A DNA stretch of 64,000 nucleotides. Origin: Minisyncoccota bacterium (lineage in GTDB: Bacteria > Patescibacteriota > Minisyncoccia > Phycocordibacterales > UBA1550). The DNA lies in contig JBAZWZ010000001.1 of NCBI GenBank assembly GCA_041660105.1, forward strand, positions 523-64,522, given 5' to 3'. The notes below the pieces were generated by a model. That model had not been told where the DNA came from, did no database searches, and worked only from the letters and a program-made list of their open reading frames with translations. The position numbers were made by a program, and so were the translations under genes. Below, piece by piece: positions 60,846-64,000 of this stretch; position 1 is the first letter of the stretch, and the number at the start of each line of letters is the position of its first letter.

Positions 60846-61651
60846 ACAAAGGTGAAGAAATTAATCGACCCGTCAAAAAAGTTTACCCCTGTAAAGTATA
60901 CAATAAATACGGCTAAAATAAGGAACGGCCCAAATGGGATTTCGCTCTGAAGAGTGAGGATGTGCTTTCTCTTGTGCATCACTTTTTGCGCGCCCATCAC
61001 CACGAGCGCGTACACTGCTCCAATCCAAAACGCGAGCATTATTGCCGAGCCACCGAGCGTCGCACCGAGGAACCAGCCGATGCCGAGCGCGAGCTTGCCA
61101 TCACCGAGTCCGAGCCATCGCCCCTGCGACACAAACCAGAGCGCCCAAAACGGAAAAAAGAGCATCGGCCCAGCAATAAGTGTCCAGTAGTATGGATTAT
61201 GAAATGCGAGGGCAAATGTGGGAACTTTAAGAAAAAACTGGGTAAGTCCAAGTACTGCAAAAAGTGCTGCAAGTCCATCTGGAATTATTTGATGACGAAG
61301 ATCGTACACCGCGATCACGATGAGTGTCGAAAAGATAAAAAGAAGAATAGTTGTTTCAAGTGCTGATTTGTTGAGCAAAAATACTGCGACAAACATAAAC
61401 CCCGTGAGCGCTTCCACTATAGGATACTGCCACGAGAGTCGCACTTTGCACATTGCACACCGTCCACCTGAAATGAGAAAACTAATGAGGGGAATGAGGT
61501 CTCGCGGAGTTAAAACCTTTCCGCACGAGAAACAATGAGATCGCCCCGTGAGTGGTGACGTGCCACTATTGTAACGATAAATCACAACATTCAAAAAACT
61601 ACCAATAATTGTACCGAAGATAAATACGAAAGTAAGTGTTAAAAAATCCAT
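60842..61651 (-). CDS. pilD: Prepilin peptidase
   Basis: GSFLNVVIYR, RSHC..C, GRC..C, YDL..QIIPD, GLGD.KL, IPFGPFL. Confidence 0.95.
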   Translation of the reverse strand: MDFLTLTFVFIFGTIIGSFLNVVIYRYNSGTSPLTGRSHCFSCGKVLTPRDLIPLISFLISGGRCAMCKVRLSWQYPIVEALTGFMFVAVFLLNKSALETTILLFIFSTLIVIAVYDLRHQIIPDGLAALFAVLGLTQFFLKVPTFALAFHNPYYWTLIAGPMLFFPFWALWFVSQGRWLGLGDGKLALGIGWFLGATLGGSAIMLAFWIGAVYALVVMGAQKVMHKRKHILTLQSEIPFGPFLILAVFIVYFTGVNFFDGSINFFTFV

Positions 61652-61724
61652 ACTATTATATTATCACAAAATACAAAATCCCGCCCTGTTCAGCCGAACA
61701 GTGGCGGGATTTTGTATTACTAGA

Positions 61725-62228
61725 CTAATTACTACTACAGGTATCAATAGTGATTGCATCAGCAATATCCTCTCCAGAAGCATACGTATAAGACCTTGAA
61801 CTACCAACACTGTCAGTACACCATGAATCAGGGAGTGCGTCCGTATTATCTACAAACGTCTTAAGCTGCACCGCAACTGCCCAAGAGTCCGCAAGGGCGA
61901 CGCACTGGCTGTTCGCCCTACCACCTGCGAGTTCATAAGCAGCGCTGACCATTGAAAATATTTTTTCGTCCGCAAAAATGTTTCCTGTTGTGGTTGCACT
62001 TGGACACAAATTCAAAGCGAAGTCATTTGAGGGGGTCGCATACACTTGCCCATTGTCGTCATACCAGATACTCGACTGGATACGAATACTCGTAAGGTCC
62101 GACTTGATGCCCGCATCAGCACCTTTCAATCGTGCAGAGTTGAGTGACGCGAGAACTACTGATGCGAGGATACCGATGATTGCGATAACAACCAAGAGTT
62201 CGATAAGGGTGAATCCGCTTTTTTTCAT
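61725..62228 (-). CDS. Type IV pilin
   Basis: G|FTLIELLVVIAIIGILASVV, WCTDS. Confidence 0.92.
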   Translation of the reverse strand: MKKSGFTLIELLVVIAIIGILASVVLASLNSARLKGADAGIKSDLTSIRIQSSIWYDDNGQVYATPSNDFALNLCPSATTTGNIFADEKIFSMVSAAYELAGGRANSQCVALADSWAVAVQLKTFVDNTDALPDSWCTDSVGSSRSYTYASGEDIADAITIDTCSSN

Positions 62229-62410
62229 AAATATTTTGATGTGCTAACGGTTATTGAATAGTAACCTAATTGTACAAGAGAACAATATAAATGTAAACGG
62301 AAAACCTAAGTTATGCACACATACACAATAACACCCAGCCTATCCGTAGACAGGCTGGGTGTTATGTATGAGCGATTAACTCAAGAGAAAAGTGAATCTC
62401 TTAGACGAGA

Positions 62411-62872
62411 TTAAGGACAAACGTACTGGTTAGTTCCAGATCCTGTAAGTCCAGTAGTTGACGCTGACTTACCCGTACTGTCAACACACCAGAATGAAGC
62501 TCCGTTTACGGTCTTCAAAGGAACAGCTGCAGCCCACTGGGTAGCCTCGGCATGGCAAGTTGCAACAGTTGCTGATGATGCAGTTGTAGTTGCAGAATCA
62601 TATGTTGCTCCTGCTGCTGTAGCGGCTCCTGTTACCATAGAACTAATACCACCAGCAGCTGTACAAACACCAGTGTAAGTCTGGTTACCTTGAGTAGCAT
62701 TATCATAGAAAAGCTCTGCTTGTGCGCGAGCGTTTGCGAGACCTGACTTGATAGCTGCATCAGCACCCTTTGAACGTGCAGAGTTAAGTGATGCCAAAAC
62801 TACAGACGCGAGGATACCGATGATTGCGATAACAACCAAGAGTTCGATAAGTGTAAAACCTTTTGATTTCAT
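62411..62872 (-). CDS. Type IV pilin (duplicate copy 2)
   Basis: MKSKG|FTLIELL; start reassigned. Confidence 0.93.
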   Translation of the reverse strand: MKSKGFTLIELLVVIAIIGILASVVLASLNSARSKGADAAIKSGLANARAQAELFYDNATQGNQTYTGVCTAAGGISSMVTGAATAAGATYDSATTTASSATVATCHAEATQWAAAVPLKTVNGASFWCVDSTGKSASTTGLTGSGTNQYVCP

Positions 62873-62968
62873 ATTTTTTATAAAACTAATAACCTTTAAC
62901 CTAATAAATACTTTTTGTATAAGAGAGAGCGGCATGGCCATCGGCCGCCCTCTCTACCATACCCAGAT

Positions 62969-62998
62969 ATTGTACCATTTGTGAGGTTTGGGGTGCAA
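62969..62998 (-). promoter_or_regulatory. Putative sigma-70 promoter of the pilin gene (duplicated at about 63658-63687)
   Basis: TTGCAC-N18-TACAAT with extended TG. Confidence 0.5.
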
Positions 62999-63099
62999 CT
63001 CCAAAAGGCTGTCAGTAAAACACCCAGTCTGTCCGTGGACAGGCTGGGTGTTTTGTATGAGTGATTAACTCAAGAGAGAAGTGATTCTCCTACGCGAGA

Positions 63100-63561
63100 C
63101 TAGTTACAAACTGAGTCATTAGAACCACCAAGAACAACTGCTGTCTGCTCTGACTTACCAGAACTATCGACGCACCAGAATAATGTTGTTGATGCCTTCA
63201 TTGGTACTGATGCTGCCCAGGCATCACCAGTTGCTGACTCGTGACAAATTGCCTCGCCGGCCGCCTGAAGAGTTGTTGTTGAGGTATCGAAGGTTGCCCC
63301 AGAAGCAGAGACGGCTCCTGCAACCATTGTTGAAATACCACCAGTCTCTGTACAAACACCAGTGTAAGTCTGGTTACCTTGAGTAGCATTATCATAGAAA
63401 AGCTCTGCTTGTGCGCGAGCGTTTGCGAGACCTGACTTGATAGCTGCATCAGCACCCTTTGAACGTGCAGAGTTAAGTGATGCCAAAACTACAGACGCGA
63501 GGATACCGATGATTGCGATAACAACCAAGAGTTCGATAAGTGTAAAACCTTTTGATTTCAT
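63100..63561 (-). CDS. Type IV pilin (duplicate copy 1)
   Basis: MKSKG|FTLIELL; start reassigned. Confidence 0.93.
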   Translation of the reverse strand: MKSKGFTLIELLVVIAIIGILASVVLASLNSARSKGADAAIKSGLANARAQAELFYDNATQGNQTYTGVCTETGGISTMVAGAVSASGATFDTSTTTLQAAGEAICHESATGDAWAASVPMKASTTLFWCVDSSGKSEQTAVVLGGSNDSVCN

Positions 63562-63801
63562 ATTTTTTATAAAACTAATAACCTTTAACCTAATAAATAC
63601 TTTTTGTATAAGAGAGAGCGGCATGGCCATCGGCCGCCCTCTCTACCATACCTGCATATTGTACCATTTGTGAGGTTTGGGGTGCAAGCCTTTTAGGTGG
63701 AATATGGGATTTGGAAATTGGAATATGGAGAAGGAACGCCGTTGCGCAAAGCGCAACGGCGTTCCTTCCAAATCCCAAATCCTATATTCTAAATTCCACC
63801 C

Positions 63802-64000
63802 CTAAACATTCCCTGCGATCTGATAAATAGGGATGAGCACTGATGCAAGCACGCCACCCACGCCGATACCGAGCGCCACGATCATCACCGGCTCAATCAT
63901 AGAAATCACCGTATTAATAGCATTCTGGACCTCGCGCTGATAAAAGACTGAGAGTTTCTGGAGAATATTGCCGAGTTCTCCCGTTTCCTCGCCCACCTTC
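63802..64000 (-). CDS. pilC: PilC/GspF platform protein, C-terminus (runs off the window)
   Basis: VGEETGEL, IEP.MIV, PIY. Confidence 0.88.
   Translation of the reverse strand, partial: KVGEETGELGNILQKLSVFYQREVQNAINTVISMIEPVMIVALGIGVGGVLASVLIPIYQIAGNV

Noticed and set aside
62873-62941. MAMPLS... N-terminal extension of the duplicated pilins
   Set aside because: It lies in the leader hairpin; MKSKG gives a normal short prepilin leader.

Overview
Bacterial chromosomal segment that looks like Patescibacteria/Parcubacteria (CPR). This is inferred from the gene set, the clustered type IV pilins, CPR-typical hypothetical families and most tRNAs lacking an encoded CCA. Nearly all genes lie on the minus strand. 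From left to right: an unusual 4-copy 37-bp repeat array whose 90-121-bp spacers each carry a 41-42-bp palindrome; an AT-rich mini-island (CPBP/Abi protease, AbrB regulator, ThsB-like TIR, membrane protein); nrdAB; VIT1; an ECF sigma factor with a MacAB-like ABC system; a Cu-ATPase; a PIF1 helicase; a cyoABCDE + DoxX + sensor kinase + SQR + DUF2892 + msrAB redox cluster; a PaaX/Cas2-like gene bracketed by CTATAG-centred palindromes; housekeeping genes (aroK, pyrG, ftsEX, a shortened prfB, gatAC, ligA); five tRNAs with tRNA-fragment repeats; and a type IV pilus locus with duplicated pilins. The strongest novelty candidate is the palindrome-spacer array taken together with the palindrome-flanked Cas2-like gene, because the two share architecture and short motifs. 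All calls are by-eye motif recognition, with no database searches.
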